Shown piece by piece: positions 10,791 to 21,224 of a stretch of DNA of 64,000 nt (positions are counted from its first letter, which is position 1; every line of letters starts with the position of its first letter). The notes under the pieces are model-generated. The model had not been told where the DNA came from and ran no database searches. It was given only the letters and a program-made list of their open reading frames with translations. This stretch comes from a virus (Duplodnaviria; Caudoviricetes), in the IMG/VR virus record IMGVR_UViG_2595698952_000001, positions 128,001-192,000 of that record. One strand, 5' to 3'. Made by a program: the position numbers and the translations under genes.

Positions 10791-13700
10791 ATGCTTCTCA
10801 TTAAGCAGTTTAACCAACGCTTCTCTGTGCGTAAAACGGATGAGTTCGGGAAACCGCGTATCATCCCGCTGGAGAAGTTGCAGATTCCGCGCGGGGCCGT
10901 TTTCCATACCATCGACCTTGACCAGGTCGTTCTGGCTCCGCCGGTCAGCACCCCGATTCTCCAGGACTTAGAAAAGCCTGCGCAGATTCGTCACCACTTC
11001 AAACTGCCTGAAGAAGGTATCTCTGGCCACCCACGCAATAAACCAGTGCAGGGGCAAGAGAAAGCGATTTTCCAGTACCACCGTGTGAACCGTAGTTTCC
11101 GTCGCCTGTCGTCTGACGCCCTGGTGCGTAAAGACCTGAAAACCCTGCTGATTGAAAACTACACCCCGATGCTGTCGCACTACATCTACCCGGACACGCA
11201 GCTGGCCTGGTATGACCGTCTGCGCAACATCATGGTCACCATGACCAACCAGTTCAAATACGATACCGCAGAGTACCTGCGTCAGAACTACTTCGTCATT
11301 GAGCTGGGTTCGACCCTGCCCTCCTTCAACAAATTCCAGACCACGTTTAACGACCGTGTGAAAACCAAACTGGAAAAGTTCCACGACTTCAACCTGTTGT
11401 GGCTGTTGGAAATCTTTGCCTGGGCGTACGGACATCAGAAAGACTCGCTGTTTGACGGTATGGACATTACCCAGCTGTCACGCATGAACTTCATCTTTAC
11501 CCACAACAGCGGCTTTACGTCGATGAACATGGGTCTGGTTGAGAAAATGCGTAAATCCTCTGGCGGGCGTCTGAGTGATGATCAGATGGGGCGTAACTTC
11601 TACAAGTCACTGGTACAGGTGATGACCCAGGCTCCGTCTGACGAGTACGAAGCCGAGTTCCTGACCCCGGAAGGTGAAGAACGTATCGTGACCCGTGACG
11701 AAGTCGAAGAAGACAACGTTGACCTGGTTGACGATAACGATGACGTGGATAATGAAGCGGACGTGCAGGACGATAACAGCTTCGATGAAAAAGAAGACCT
11801 GGTTATCGAAGCACCGAAAGAAGACATCAAAGCCACCACTATCGTTGTTGAGAAACACATTGCTCACGACGAAGTGATTAAGCAGGAAGTGAAGCGTCTG
11901 GCTGAGGCTGGACGCGTGACGTCGAAAGCGTACCAGTTCCTGTCTGATTCTTCGCAACGTTTCGTCAATCTGCCGAACCCGTACAACCCGAAAGAAACCT
12001 ACGGCCAGGCTTTGACCATCGACGTGAAAGACATCGAAGTCAAAGCCAAACCGAAAAAGATTGAGCGTCTGGTCACAGACGAGGCCTGGTTTGAAAACAC
12101 CAACGACCAGGTTATCTCCCAGTATAACAAGACCATGCTGCCGAAAGACGTCTTGTCCGCCGTAGCATCAACCCAGCGCCTGGGCTTGGCGATTCACAAC
12201 CACACGGTAGAGAAAGAAAACACCGTGACCGGTAAAGTGGAACACCACACCCTGCGCATTCAACCTATCGGTGGCGAACCGACCACTATCCGTTTCTCTA
12301 TCCCGTCGTTAACTGAAGACGGTACCTGGGTGGCGAACGGTGTGGAATACACCATGCGTAAGCAGCGTGTTGATTTGCCAATCCGTAAGGTTGCCCCGGA
12401 TACGGTTGCCCTGACCACTGCGTACGGCAAGAACTTTGTACGCCGCAGTGATAAAGTGGTAAACGATTACGGGCGTTGGTTGACGAATGCGATTATCACG
12501 CGTGCCGTTGACCCGAAAAACACCGAAGTGACTGATGCCAAACTGGCAAACGTGTTCGACCCTCTTCTGACGCTGCCACGTCAATACACCGAAGTGGCAC
12601 GGCGTGTAGCAACCTTCAATGCGATGGGCTACATGTGGAGTTTCGATTACAAAATGCGTGACACCTTCTTTGACAGTGATCAAATCGCCGACGCGGACCG
12701 CGCCAAACTGATCCCTGTTGCGAAGAAAGCGCGTAGCGAAATCATTCTCTGCATGGACGACAAGTCGCAGATGTACAAGGTCAAAGAAGACCAAGTCGAA
12801 CCGCTTGGCACCTTAGCTGAAATGCTGGGTGTTGATGAATCCAAAGCACCGCGTGAAATGACCGAACTGTCGCTGATGGGCAAGTCTGTTTCGCTCGGCT
12901 TCATCTTCTCCTTCTACCTTGGGTTGCAGGGGGCGTTGAAACACTTTGGTATCCAGTACGAACTCGTCCCGGCGGGTCAGCGTGTGGGCAAGTCGCAGTA
13001 CGACAGTATCATCCGTCTTCAAGATGCGAAGATTCTGGTGAATTGCGATAACGACCAGCAACGCATGATTCTCAACGGTCTTGACCGTTATTTGAAACAC
13101 CTGACTGCCTACACCGAGTCAGAAGTCGAACGTGAAGACATTTACCTGAACCTGTTACGTGATGCAGATGGCCTGACACCTCGGTACATCAAAGAGCTGA
13201 AACAAATGCGGACCGCCTTTGTTGACGACATGCACGCCCGTATCCTCAGGAAGATGGGTGAGCCGGAAACCTTTATCGGCTTGCTGGAACGTTCCAACGA
13301 AATGCTTCAGACCGACCAGACCTTGCCGGAAATCAACGGTGAGGAAATGATGTTCATCGGGAACCAGCGTATTGCGTACCACATCTATACCGCAATGGTG
13401 CGGGCGATGCGTAACTACAATAACGCACCGGGTGCGAACCGTAAGTTCGAACTGACGCAGGACATGATTTGGGGGGCTATTAACTCCGATCCGTCTGTGC
13501 TGTTGGCACCAGGGGCTAACCCGATTCAGAGCATCAAAGAGAAGGACGTGGTGACGATGGGCGGTACCGGTGGTCGTAACCGTAAGACCATGGTGTACCA
13601 CACCCGTGAGTTCCAGCCGTCTGACCTCGGTATCGTGTCGGGTAACACGGTCGATAACGGGGACGTAGGTATCACCGCGTTCTTAACCAACAACCCGGCT

Positions 13701-14957
13701 TTCGACACCATCGATGGTACCACGTACAAACGTAAAGACGAGTTAAAACCCGGAGAGGCGCTGTCGTTTATCGACGGGCTGGTACCGGACACCCTGATGG
13801 ATGACGCCAAGCGTCAGAACTTCGTCGGAATTCAGATGGGGTCAGCGACATCGTGCATCGGTGCTACGACGACCCCGTACCGTACTGAACAGGAGAAAGC
13901 AGTCGCACACCGTACGTCTGTGAAACACGCACGCGTGATTGACAAAGCAGGCAAAATCACGGGCATCTCTGATGACCACATTGAAATCACTTATGAAGAC
14001 GGTGAGAAAGAGGCATTCCCACTGGGTCGCTGGTTCGGCGCTCACGAAGGTACCTATTATCCTCACACCCTGGTGACTCGCTGGAAAGCCGGAGACAAAC
14101 TCCCGGCCGGTACAGTCATCACTTACAACGACCAACATTTCGAAGTCGATATTTACGATCCGACGCAGGTATCCTGGAAGAACGGGATTCTGGCTACGGT
14201 AGCGTTACCCGAAGGGGAAGAAGTAATTGAAGACTCCAATGCGATTAGTGAGCGGTTCGCCTCGAAAGCACAGTCTGACGTTACCAAACTCAAAGAGGTG
14301 ACGATTACCTTTACCCAGAACTTGCTCGAGATTGGTAAAGAAGGCGACCACGTCGACGTGGACTCAATTCTATGCACCTTTACCGACAACCTAACAGGCG
14401 ATATGTCGGGGTTCAGTAAAGAAGCTGCGGCAACCTTGCAAGACTTGAGTTCGTTCGCCCCACGCGCTGGGGTACGTGGCCACATCGATAAGATTGAGGT
14501 GGTGTATCACGGCGAAACCGAAGACATGACACCGTCACTGGCTGAACTGGTGCGCAAATACGACCGTATCCGTCGTAAGGCTGCACTGGCTGTCAACCGC
14601 GACGACCCTACTGATGGGCGTGTTACCGGGGACTACCGTGTTGAAGGGGTGCCGCTGGCGTATAACTCACTGTGTGTTCGATTCTATATCACGCACCGTG
14701 TAGATATGGCAGCTGCGGATAAAATGGTTATCGCGAACCAGCTGAAAACCACTGTGCAGGAAGTGATGCGTGGCGTGAACCGGACAGAGTCTGGTGATGA
14801 CATCGACATCCTCTTTGGTCGTGACTCAGTTGACGCCCGTATCGTTGGTTCGATTCAACGTATCGGAACAGCGAATGCGGTTGGCGAACGTGCAGGTATT
14901 CTCATCGGGGATATTCTCGATGGTAAAGACGTACCGGTACTGCCGACGAAACTTTAG
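10791..14957 (+). CDS. virion RNA polymerase beta subunit (phiKZ gp178-like)
   Basis: 1388 aa; ANGVEY, DDAKRQNF, EDSNAISE, ADKMVIANQLKT beta-like motifs. Confidence 0.9.
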   Translation: MLLIKQFNQRFSVRKTDEFGKPRIIPLEKLQIPRGAVFHTIDLDQVVLAPPVSTPILQDLEKPAQIRHHFKLPEEGISGHPRNKPVQGQEKAIFQYHRVNRSFRRLSSDALVRKDLKTLLIENYTPMLSHYIYPDTQLAWYDRLRNIMVTMTNQFKYDTAEYLRQNYFVIELGSTLPSFNKFQTTFNDRVKTKLEKFHDFNLLWLLEIFAWAYGHQKDSLFDGMDITQLSRMNFIFTHNSGFTSMNMGLVEKMRKSSGGRLSDDQMGRNFYKSLVQVMTQAPSDEYEAEFLTPEGEERIVTRDEVEEDNVDLVDDNDDVDNEADVQDDNSFDEKEDLVIEAPKEDIKATTIVVEKHIAHDEVIKQEVKRLAEAGRVTSKAYQFLSDSSQRFVNLPNPYNPKETYGQALTIDVKDIEVKAKPKKIERLVTDEAWFENTNDQVISQYNKTMLPKDVLSAVASTQRLGLAIHNHTVEKENTVTGKVEHHTLRIQPIGGEPTTIRFSIPSLTEDGTWVANGVEYTMRKQRVDLPIRKVAPDTVALTTAYGKNFVRRSDKVVNDYGRWLTNAIITRAVDPKNTEVTDAKLANVFDPLLTLPRQYTEVARRVATFNAMGYMWSFDYKMRDTFFDSDQIADADRAKLIPVAKKARSEIILCMDDKSQMYKVKEDQVEPLGTLAEMLGVDESKAPREMTELSLMGKSVSLGFIFSFYLGLQGALKHFGIQYELVPAGQRVGKSQYDSIIRLQDAKILVNCDNDQQRMILNGLDRYLKHLTAYTESEVEREDIYLNLLRDADGLTPRYIKELKQMRTAFVDDMHARILRKMGEPETFIGLLERSNEMLQTDQTLPEINGEEMMFIGNQRIAYHIYTAMVRAMRNYNNAPGANRKFELTQDMIWGAINSDPSVLLAPGANPIQSIKEKDVVTMGGTGGRNRKTMVYHTREFQPSDLGIVSGNTVDNGDVGITAFLTNNPAFDTIDGTTYKRKDELKPGEALSFIDGLVPDTLMDDAKRQNFVGIQMGSATSCIGATTTPYRTEQEKAVAHRTSVKHARVIDKAGKITGISDDHIEITYEDGEKEAFPLGRWFGAHEGTYYPHTLVTRWKAGDKLPAGTVITYNDQHFEVDIYDPTQVSWKNGILATVALPEGEEVIEDSNAISERFASKAQSDVTKLKEVTITFTQNLLEIGKEGDHVDVDSILCTFTDNLTGDMSGFSKEAAATLQDLSSFAPRAGVRGHIDKIEVVYHGETEDMTPSLAELVRKYDRIRRKAALAVNRDDPTDGRVTGDYRVEGVPLAYNSLCVRFYITHRVDMAAADKMVIANQLKTTVQEVMRGVNRTESGDDIDILFGRDSVDARIVGSIQRIGTANAVGERAGILIGDILDGKDVPVLPTKL

Positions 14958-15006
14958 TCCTAAGGGTGGGTCGCTCCCACCCTCGTAAACAACTCCGGAG
15001 TTGAGA

Positions 15007-15300
15007 ATGAGTATTTTAGATTCTATCAAAATGCGTAACGGGATTCCGACTGGGAAAAATATCACCCAGCAAGAGACCGAAGGTTATTCCCCGCAACAGC
15101 GTTTGAATTTCGTCACGCTGGGCAATGCCGTTGAACTGACCACGGAAATCCTCCACGGTCTGATGAAAGGCAACAGCGGTCTGACTGACCGTCAGGGCGA
15201 TCAGCGTATGTTGAAACGCGACATCGCGGATTTAGTCGGTGCACGCATTACTGCGCGTATCCAGGAAGCAGTTAGCACCGAGAACGGGGGTCAGGCATGA
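15007..15300 (+). CDS. small virion (head) protein
   Basis: GGAG RBS then ATG 15007; stop overlaps next start; synteny with the SPN3US gp242 position. Confidence 0.6.
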   Translation: MSILDSIKMRNGIPTGKNITQQETEGYSPQQRLNFVTLGNAVELTTEILHGLMKGNSGLTDRQGDQRMLKRDIADLVGARITARIQEAVSTENGGQA

Positions 15301-16772
15301 TCAGCTTATACTCACTTAACGCCGTCACCAACGCCATGAAGCTGTGTAAGCAGCACAACGTGCGTTTGGATGCGGAAGAAGAAAGCCCGATTGGTCTGCT
15401 GAATAAAGCAACCGACCAGGCACCCATCTTCAACACCGCAATCACTGACGAGCAGTTCTTCCAGCAGCTGCCCGACATCACCAAAATCAAAACGCCTGCA
15501 CACGGCACCGGTGAAGCGTCTGTGGTGGCTGATACAGCTGCCGGAGCAGAAATGCTGAACGTGGAAGACCACGAACCGACGCTGTTCGAACTGAAGAACA
15601 TGGCTATCCTGCGTTGTAACGGGATGCTGGACTTTGCCCGTAACGTGATTCAGCCGTTCGTGCAAACTGTTATTCAGAACAACCAACCGGTTGACCAGCA
15701 GGAACTGTCGGAAGAGTGGAACCTGGTACCGGTCGGGATGGATGCTGCACTGGAAAGTCCGGTAGTGCAGGCGCTGATTGACGAAATCGAAAACCCGCTG
15801 GGCAACGGCACTACGCACGAAGCGGTCAATGCCAACGTACCGACTAACCTCGAAGTGCCGGAAACCGGTAACAAGATGTTTGACAGTCTGGTGGCCACCC
15901 TGTTGAACGAAACGGGCATGTCCATCGTTGAAGCAGTTCAGGGGATGCTCGAAGGGAACATGCTGTCGCCGGTTTCTGACCAGGCTCCGCACAACCTGAA
16001 AAAGAACATCCTGTTCATGCTGCTGGCGTCGTACTACGTTGAACGTCCGTGGGAAAACTCTAACCTGGGCAGTGGTGAGTGGCGTGCGAAGATGCTGCCG
16101 TTGTACTACTCCAACATTGGTTGGGTGTATGCTTACGCACAGGGTATCGTTGATCGCGTGACCACCGGTAACGTGGTTTACTCCTACGACGGTGCAGACA
16201 AGAAAGTCTACATCTGTCAGGAAGCGTTCAAAGACTACCTGGAAAAAGGTGGGGATGTGGAAGCGCTGTTGGGTGCTATCTACATGCTCGATGACGGCGA
16301 CTCTTCTGTGTCAACCCGTGTACCGGGCCTGCTGGAAAAACAAAACGATTACCGTGCCGCATACGGTCGTCGTAGCGCTATCCAACGTGCGAAGAACGAT
16401 ACCGATTGGTTGACCCGTAACCGTGCATCGCTGAAAACGGCGTTTGCAGTGGCTATCGATACCCTCGACCCGGAAATGCTGTCGCGTGACCATCAGGGTA
16501 ACCTGTGCACGCCAGAGCAGTCGAAAACTGCGGTGTTCTCTGCTATCGACCATCTGTTCGGTAACAGCACCAAGGACATTACCGAGTTCGTGATTCGCAC
16601 AGCATCGGCCGAAGTCTTCGGTGAGTACGACCTATGCAATCTGCTGCTGGATATTCACCGCGGCATGATTGAAAACCGTCAGCCTGACGAAGTGGCTACC
16701 GACTGGATGATTAACTACGTCATCAACTGGGTTGGTGGTGCCATCTGTGTTGACATCCTGAAACGCGCTTAA
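15297..16772 (+). CDS. virion head protein (SPN3US gp243-like)
   Basis: 491 aa, phage-like codon usage, between vRNAP beta and beta'-C/protease. Confidence 0.6.
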   Translation: MISLYSLNAVTNAMKLCKQHNVRLDAEEESPIGLLNKATDQAPIFNTAITDEQFFQQLPDITKIKTPAHGTGEASVVADTAAGAEMLNVEDHEPTLFELKNMAILRCNGMLDFARNVIQPFVQTVIQNNQPVDQQELSEEWNLVPVGMDAALESPVVQALIDEIENPLGNGTTHEAVNANVPTNLEVPETGNKMFDSLVATLLNETGMSIVEAVQGMLEGNMLSPVSDQAPHNLKKNILFMLLASYYVERPWENSNLGSGEWRAKMLPLYYSNIGWVYAYAQGIVDRVTTGNVVYSYDGADKKVYICQEAFKDYLEKGGDVEALLGAIYMLDDGDSSVSTRVPGLLEKQNDYRAAYGRRSAIQRAKNDTDWLTRNRASLKTAFAVAIDTLDPEMLSRDHQGNLCTPEQSKTAVFSAIDHLFGNSTKDITEFVIRTASAEVFGEYDLCNLLLDIHRGMIENRQPDEVATDWMINYVINWVGGAICVDILKRA

Positions 16773-16789
16773 CCCTGTAGGAGGTGATC

Positions 16790-17518
16790 GTGAGTGCAAT
16801 TGAAACAGCCCGTCGTGACCCAACGAAAATCCATGCGGACTTGGTCAACAACGGCACGGTCACCACTACCAAAGGGGGATGTTACATTTACATCCCTGTT
16901 GGGTTTGTGGCGAAAGAGTTGGCGGTGGTGTCTTCGACGGTAACGATTATCGGCTTGTTTGCGATTTCGACCGACCGGAGAACCTACGGGGTATCGAGCG
17001 TTACGACGTTCATCGAGATTACCCCGTCGGCGTTTGAAGAAATCGATGTCCACGGTGTTCCGTATTACGAATTCCGTTTTGACCCTGGTACGGTTGTTTT
17101 CCCCAACCGCATGTTGCAGGTGCTGCCAAGCCCTGTGTATAACATCGCGTCGTACGAGTACGACTTTGGTAACCGTCCCTTCTGGACGACGTCTGATGAC
17201 GATGCTGAGTTACTGGCACCGGATAAGACTAAGAAGTGGAACGGTTTTACCGTGTTCGCTGACCAAATCACAGCGGACTGTTATGCTGCGCACACACAGC
17301 GCAAAGTTGGCGACCCACGAACGTATTTCCGGGACACATTGAAAAAGGACAGCGATTTGAGTAACACGGTGCAGTTCATTCCATTGCGCAGTGGCTCACT
17401 CAACAAAACGTCGCGCTTGGCGAAACTGGCTGACGTGGAACTGAAACAAGGTATCCGTTCTGCGTTGCAAGTTGACCCGGTACGTGCCGAACCGCTCGAG
17501 GATTTGTTTATGCGTTAA
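16790..17518 (+). CDS. virion RNA polymerase beta' C-terminal subunit (phiKZ gp176 / SPN3US gp244-like)
   Basis: GGAGG RBS + GTG; C-terminus SLNKTSRLAKLADVELKQGIRSAL..EPLEDL resembles the beta' C-terminal region; synteny. Confidence 0.65.
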   Translation: MSAIETARRDPTKIHADLVNNGTVTTTKGGCYIYIPVGFVAKELAVVSSTVTIIGLFAISTDRRTYGVSSVTTFIEITPSAFEEIDVHGVPYYEFRFDPGTVVFPNRMLQVLPSPVYNIASYEYDFGNRPFWTTSDDDAELLAPDKTKKWNGFTVFADQITADCYAAHTQRKVGDPRTYFRDTLKKDSDLSNTVQFIPLRSGSLNKTSRLAKLADVELKQGIRSALQVDPVRAEPLEDLFMR

Positions 17519-17573
17519 CTGGTGCTGCGCCTTCGGGCGCAGACTGGTCTGAAAAAAGAAACTGGGGAAAACA

Positions 17574-18377
17574 ATGGAAAACATGTCACTACGCTATAAC
17601 TGCGTGGCGCTGGCTGGGGTCAATAAAGGGGCAACGCTCAAAAAAGATGCTGACGGGTATTACTACGTCCTTTTAGGCGCACTGAATATTTTCAACTCTG
17701 AGAATATCTATTACGCTTACAACGAATCGAAGCATGTCTTCGAACGTTCTAACATCTTCATGCGCAAAGTGCAGGCGGGGAATCTCTTCGGTGAAGAAGA
17801 CCACCCTCCGTACGAGCAGGGTATGTCCGAAGCCCAGTGGATTGAGCGCAACGAATGGATTGAGACGAAAAACGTCTGTATGCACATTCGTGAAGTCGAA
17901 GTGAAACCAACAGACCAGGTATGTAACGGTCTGCCGGTAATGGAAATCTGGGGCTGGGTCAAGCCGAACCGTGAACGCGGTCCGCTGTTGGCAGAAGCGC
18001 TGGAGAATCCACATCAGAACGTGTGCTTCTCGCTGCGTGCTATCGTGCGTGAAGGCCGCATTGGTGGGCAAGTGGTACGCCGTATCGATAAGATGGTCAC
18101 CTTTGACTGGGTTATCGAAGACGGTTTGCAGATCTGCAACAAATACTCCGCGATTCAGCGTGGCAGTAAAGTCGCGCAAGAATCTACCCGTACGTACGTT
18201 GACCGTCCGATCAGCATGGAAGTGCTGGAAGACATCATCTACAACCCGCAAGCGTCTTCTACGGTTGCTACGGAGTCTCGTCGTGGAGCACTGCGTGGTA
18301 TTGCCCAGGAATATTTAGCGCTTAATCCTCGCCGGTCTAACCTGCGTGTGATGGGTATGGGTAAAGGAAGCTGGTAA
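17574..18377 (+). CDS. prohead (head maturation) serine protease (phiKZ gp175 / SPN3US gp245-like)
   Basis: GEEDHP (His), CFSLR (Ser), VTFDWV (Asp) motifs; C-terminal AQE/ATE candidate autocleavage sites. Confidence 0.85.
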   Translation: MENMSLRYNCVALAGVNKGATLKKDADGYYYVLLGALNIFNSENIYYAYNESKHVFERSNIFMRKVQAGNLFGEEDHPPYEQGMSEAQWIERNEWIETKNVCMHIREVEVKPTDQVCNGLPVMEIWGWVKPNRERGPLLAEALENPHQNVCFSLRAIVREGRIGGQVVRRIDKMVTFDWVIEDGLQICNKYSAIQRGSKVAQESTRTYVDRPISMEVLEDIIYNPQASSTVATESRRGALRGIAQEYLALNPRRSNLRVMGMGKGSW

Positions 18378-18378
18378 A

Positions 18379-19008
18379 ATGAGCGAAGCCATCGACCCCT
18401 CTTTAGAACGTTGGCGGGAACAACAAATGCCGAGCGTGGCCAAAAAGCTGACGCTTCGACAATTGTCAAATCCGCCGTTACATCTAAGCAAGTGTAAGAT
18501 TCCGGTGTTCTCACCGCGTATCCCACTTTCCGTTGCGCGTGATGAAGACATGACTGTGCCGCGTATTTGCTGCTCAGTTGATCTCAGTCGCTGTATTCAC
18601 GGTGTGCGTCACATCTATTCCACAATAGAGATACCCACCCGTTTGTACTTGTACGGCTTCGAAGAACGCGCGGTCGCACAACCGTCCGTGGATTTGACTT
18701 GCGAACCCAACCGGGCAGGCGAAGTGTGGATTGTTCCGCACCGCATGTCTAACTGGGACATCAAACCGACTCTGCTCGGGGAGCTGCGCCTGTCAAGCCT
18801 CGGTGCCGGTGGGCATCAGTTCACGTACCAGATGTGTTTCGGACAGGATGTTCGTTTGTCGTCCGACCAACTCTTAAAGGCGGATACCTTCTATGAAGTC
18901 AAAGTAACCGTTAACTGGGAGAAGGAAACGATTAAGGTTAGTGACGCCAAACAAGTCGATCGCAGTAAATTCGACATCGCCATCAACGAGTATTCTGTCA
19001 CCCCGTGA
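18379..19008 (+). CDS. hypothetical protein (probable virion protein)
   Basis: 209-aa ORF abutting the protease; FSPRIP..ED..VPRIC motif typical of jumbo phage proteins. Confidence 0.6.
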   Translation: MSEAIDPSLERWREQQMPSVAKKLTLRQLSNPPLHLSKCKIPVFSPRIPLSVARDEDMTVPRICCSVDLSRCIHGVRHIYSTIEIPTRLYLYGFEERAVAQPSVDLTCEPNRAGEVWIVPHRMSNWDIKPTLLGELRLSSLGAGGHQFTYQMCFGQDVRLSSDQLLKADTFYEVKVTVNWEKETIKVSDAKQVDRSKFDIAINEYSVTP

Positions 19009-19060
19009 TCCGGCAAGTTCGTGGTCTGCAACTACCACTTACCGTACCCAGGGGGAACGC

Positions 19061-19360
19061 ATGAAAGTCGTTAACATCGCAATACCCTCGACGCTGCAAA
19101 CGTTGACACCTGATGAGCTGAAGGCTCTGGCCATTTACGCTATTCAGGAACGCTGTGGTCGAGAAGTGTTAGCTGAGATTCTCAGTTCGCGCTTTGACAC
19201 CAAACGTAAAATCAATAACATTGTCGCGGGCATTGCCCAACAAGACATCGCACAATTTTATTGCGATATTCGAGATGCAGGGGTGGCTATCGATTTTACC
19301 CGCACTTACTTTTTGCTCGCTGAACCTTACCGCACCAACGTGTCAATTAAGCAGTTGTAG
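19061..19360 (+). CDS. hypothetical protein
   Basis: GGGGGA RBS + ATG at 19061; 99 aa. Confidence 0.6.
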   Translation: MKVVNIAIPSTLQTLTPDELKALAIYAIQERCGREVLAEILSSRFDTKRKINNIVAGIAQQDIAQFYCDIRDAGVAIDFTRTYFLLAEPYRTNVSIKQL

Positions 19361-19418
19361 TTTTTTTACGGATGCGGTAGTTCATGTGTTGGGGATACAC
19401 TTTTAAAGGAAGAGAGCA

Positions 19419-19967
19419 ATGTTTTATTTGGATAGCGATGGGTTATTTGCGCGTTGGCGTACCTACGTATTATCCACACATTTTCCGGGAATGACGATTA
19501 AGGAGTTCAATGCTTTACCCGAACTGCGTCGTCGGAGTCTGACACGCGAGATGTATCAGCGTGACCCAGATTTGTTTTACAAGCTACCGCCGATTCCCGA
19601 AGCGGCAGGCATTCTTGAAACGCTGGAAAAGTTGTGTGATTCGTGGGCAATACTGACGTCTGGTTCGGAAGATCACTTTGATCACCGACTGGTTATTGAA
19701 TCAAAACAGAGGTGGTTCTTAAAACACTTCGGGATTCCGTCAGATAAAGTCATCGTCACTGAAAACTCTGGGCAGAAAGCAGCTTACGCCTCACGGGGGA
19801 ATTTGCTTGTCGACGATTATGGTCGGAACTGTCGTGAATGGGTGTTGCAGGGTGGGGGCGCGATTTGGGTACGTACAGAACAGCCTAACATCAAGGGCAT
19901 CTGTAATCAGTGCGAAGCGTTCTACGAAGACCCGGTTAATTTGTCGGGGACTCTGTTACAAGTTTAA
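19419..19967 (+). CDS. HAD-superfamily 5'(3')-deoxyribonucleotidase-like protein
   Basis: N-terminal YLDSDGLF (DxDG), ILTS, K and LVDDYGRN HAD motifs. Confidence 0.8.
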   Translation: MFYLDSDGLFARWRTYVLSTHFPGMTIKEFNALPELRRRSLTREMYQRDPDLFYKLPPIPEAAGILETLEKLCDSWAILTSGSEDHFDHRLVIESKQRWFLKHFGIPSDKVIVTENSGQKAAYASRGNLLVDDYGRNCREWVLQGGGAIWVRTEQPNIKGICNQCEAFYEDPVNLSGTLLQV

Positions 19968-19971
19968 TACT

Positions 19972-20012
19972 TAGGTAGTCCTTTCACCCGAGAGGACTAC
20001 CTGTTTTATTTT
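19972..20012 (+). terminator. intrinsic terminator
   Basis: AGGTAGTCCT...AGGACTACCT stem + GTTTTATTTT. Confidence 0.75.
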
Positions 20013-20015
20013 AAG

Positions 20016-20052
20016 TGCATTCGAAAAACTTATAGATATATTTTACTTAGGT
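20016..20052 (+). promoter_or_regulatory. putative phage RNAP promoter (TGCATTC..AAAAA..AGATATATTTTAC)
   Basis: Near-identical copy at 42846-42882; both follow a terminator and precede an operon. Confidence 0.55.
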
Positions 20053-20101
20053 GAGATTACATTCCTAATCTTTTCGACCATTAACCTCAAGGAGCTTTAT
20101 C

Positions 20102-20497
20102 ATGCAAGTCCACCCTAACATTGTTAAGCAGTGCGAAGACCCGTTTACCATGATGCTGGTTGCCAGCAAATGTCAGGATAAAAACTTCGAGGAGTTTATG
20201 AATAATCCTGCCGCCGTGCAAGCATCGGTACTGCACCATCTCGAGCGTATCGAAACCGGGAAGATGGTAAAAGACGTCGGTGAAGAACCGTTCGTCGTCA
20301 AAATGATTAACCACATCGCGTCGCCGGAGTTTCGGGCGATTCGATTAGAACGTGACGGTATGCCAAATAAGATTCGTGACCTGTTCACACGTATTCTTAA
20401 CGACCGCCAGTTCAAACACGTTATGGACCGCGAGCCTGACGTTTACGAAGACATCAAACGCCACATGGAAGAAACCATGTACGTCTTCACTCACTAA
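20102..20497 (+). CDS. hypothetical protein
   Basis: AAGGAG RBS, 131 aa. Confidence 0.7.
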   Translation: MQVHPNIVKQCEDPFTMMLVASKCQDKNFEEFMNNPAAVQASVLHHLERIETGKMVKDVGEEPFVVKMINHIASPEFRAIRLERDGMPNKIRDLFTRILNDRQFKHVMDREPDVYEDIKRHMEETMYVFTH

Positions 20498-20536
20498 GCC
20501 ATTCAATCCGACCATTACCTTTAGGAAATAGAAACT

Positions 20537-21208
20537 ATGCAAGGCGCAGAACTGAACACCATGTGGGAAAAACTGTTACGTCAATTCCGTGACTTCTATC
20601 TGTACACTGATAACGCTCACCGTATCGACCACATCCAGGCAGTGAAATCCAATGCTGTTCGTATCGCACACCTGTTAGGTGAAACTGAACATTTGAAGTT
20701 GGCGTTTATTGCGATTGCTGCACACGACATCTTCTCCACCAAAGATGACCGGGCTGCGCACCACATCAAAGGCTACAATTGGATACTGGACAACAAACCG
20801 GTACTCAAGCGCAAGTACAAGCTGAGCGATGACGATTGTCTGGTTATCGCCCACGCCGTGTTAGAACACCGTAGCTCCCACAAAGGGAACTACAACGGTA
20901 TCGTTTCCGAGATTGTGGCCGCAGCTGACCGCGGCATTCCGTCGGTTGACGATGTCACCAATTACGCTTACCGTTCTTACTTGTATGCACGCGACCACGG
21001 CAAAAGCGTCACGGATGCGAAGTTCCATGCGGTACGCCACATCAAAGAGAAGTTTGGTAAGGATGGCACATCTAAAGTGCCGGAGTGGTACGGTACTCTG
21101 TTTGCAGAGAAACTGTTAATCCGGTTAGACTACGTAGAGCAACTCGACATCGATTGCTTTACACCTGAAATCACCGATGAGCTTGAAGCTCGTTTACAAC
21201 CCAAGTAA
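20537..21208 (+). CDS. HD-domain metal-dependent phosphohydrolase
   Basis: H..DH, AHD, EHR and AADR motifs. Confidence 0.8.
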   Translation: MQGAELNTMWEKLLRQFRDFYLYTDNAHRIDHIQAVKSNAVRIAHLLGETEHLKLAFIAIAAHDIFSTKDDRAAHHIKGYNWILDNKPVLKRKYKLSDDDCLVIAHAVLEHRSSHKGNYNGIVSEIVAAADRGIPSVDDVTNYAYRSYLYARDHGKSVTDAKFHAVRHIKEKFGKDGTSKVPEWYGTLFAEKLLIRLDYVEQLDIDCFTPEITDELEARLQPK

Positions 21209-21224
21209 CCTGAAGGATAATGCA

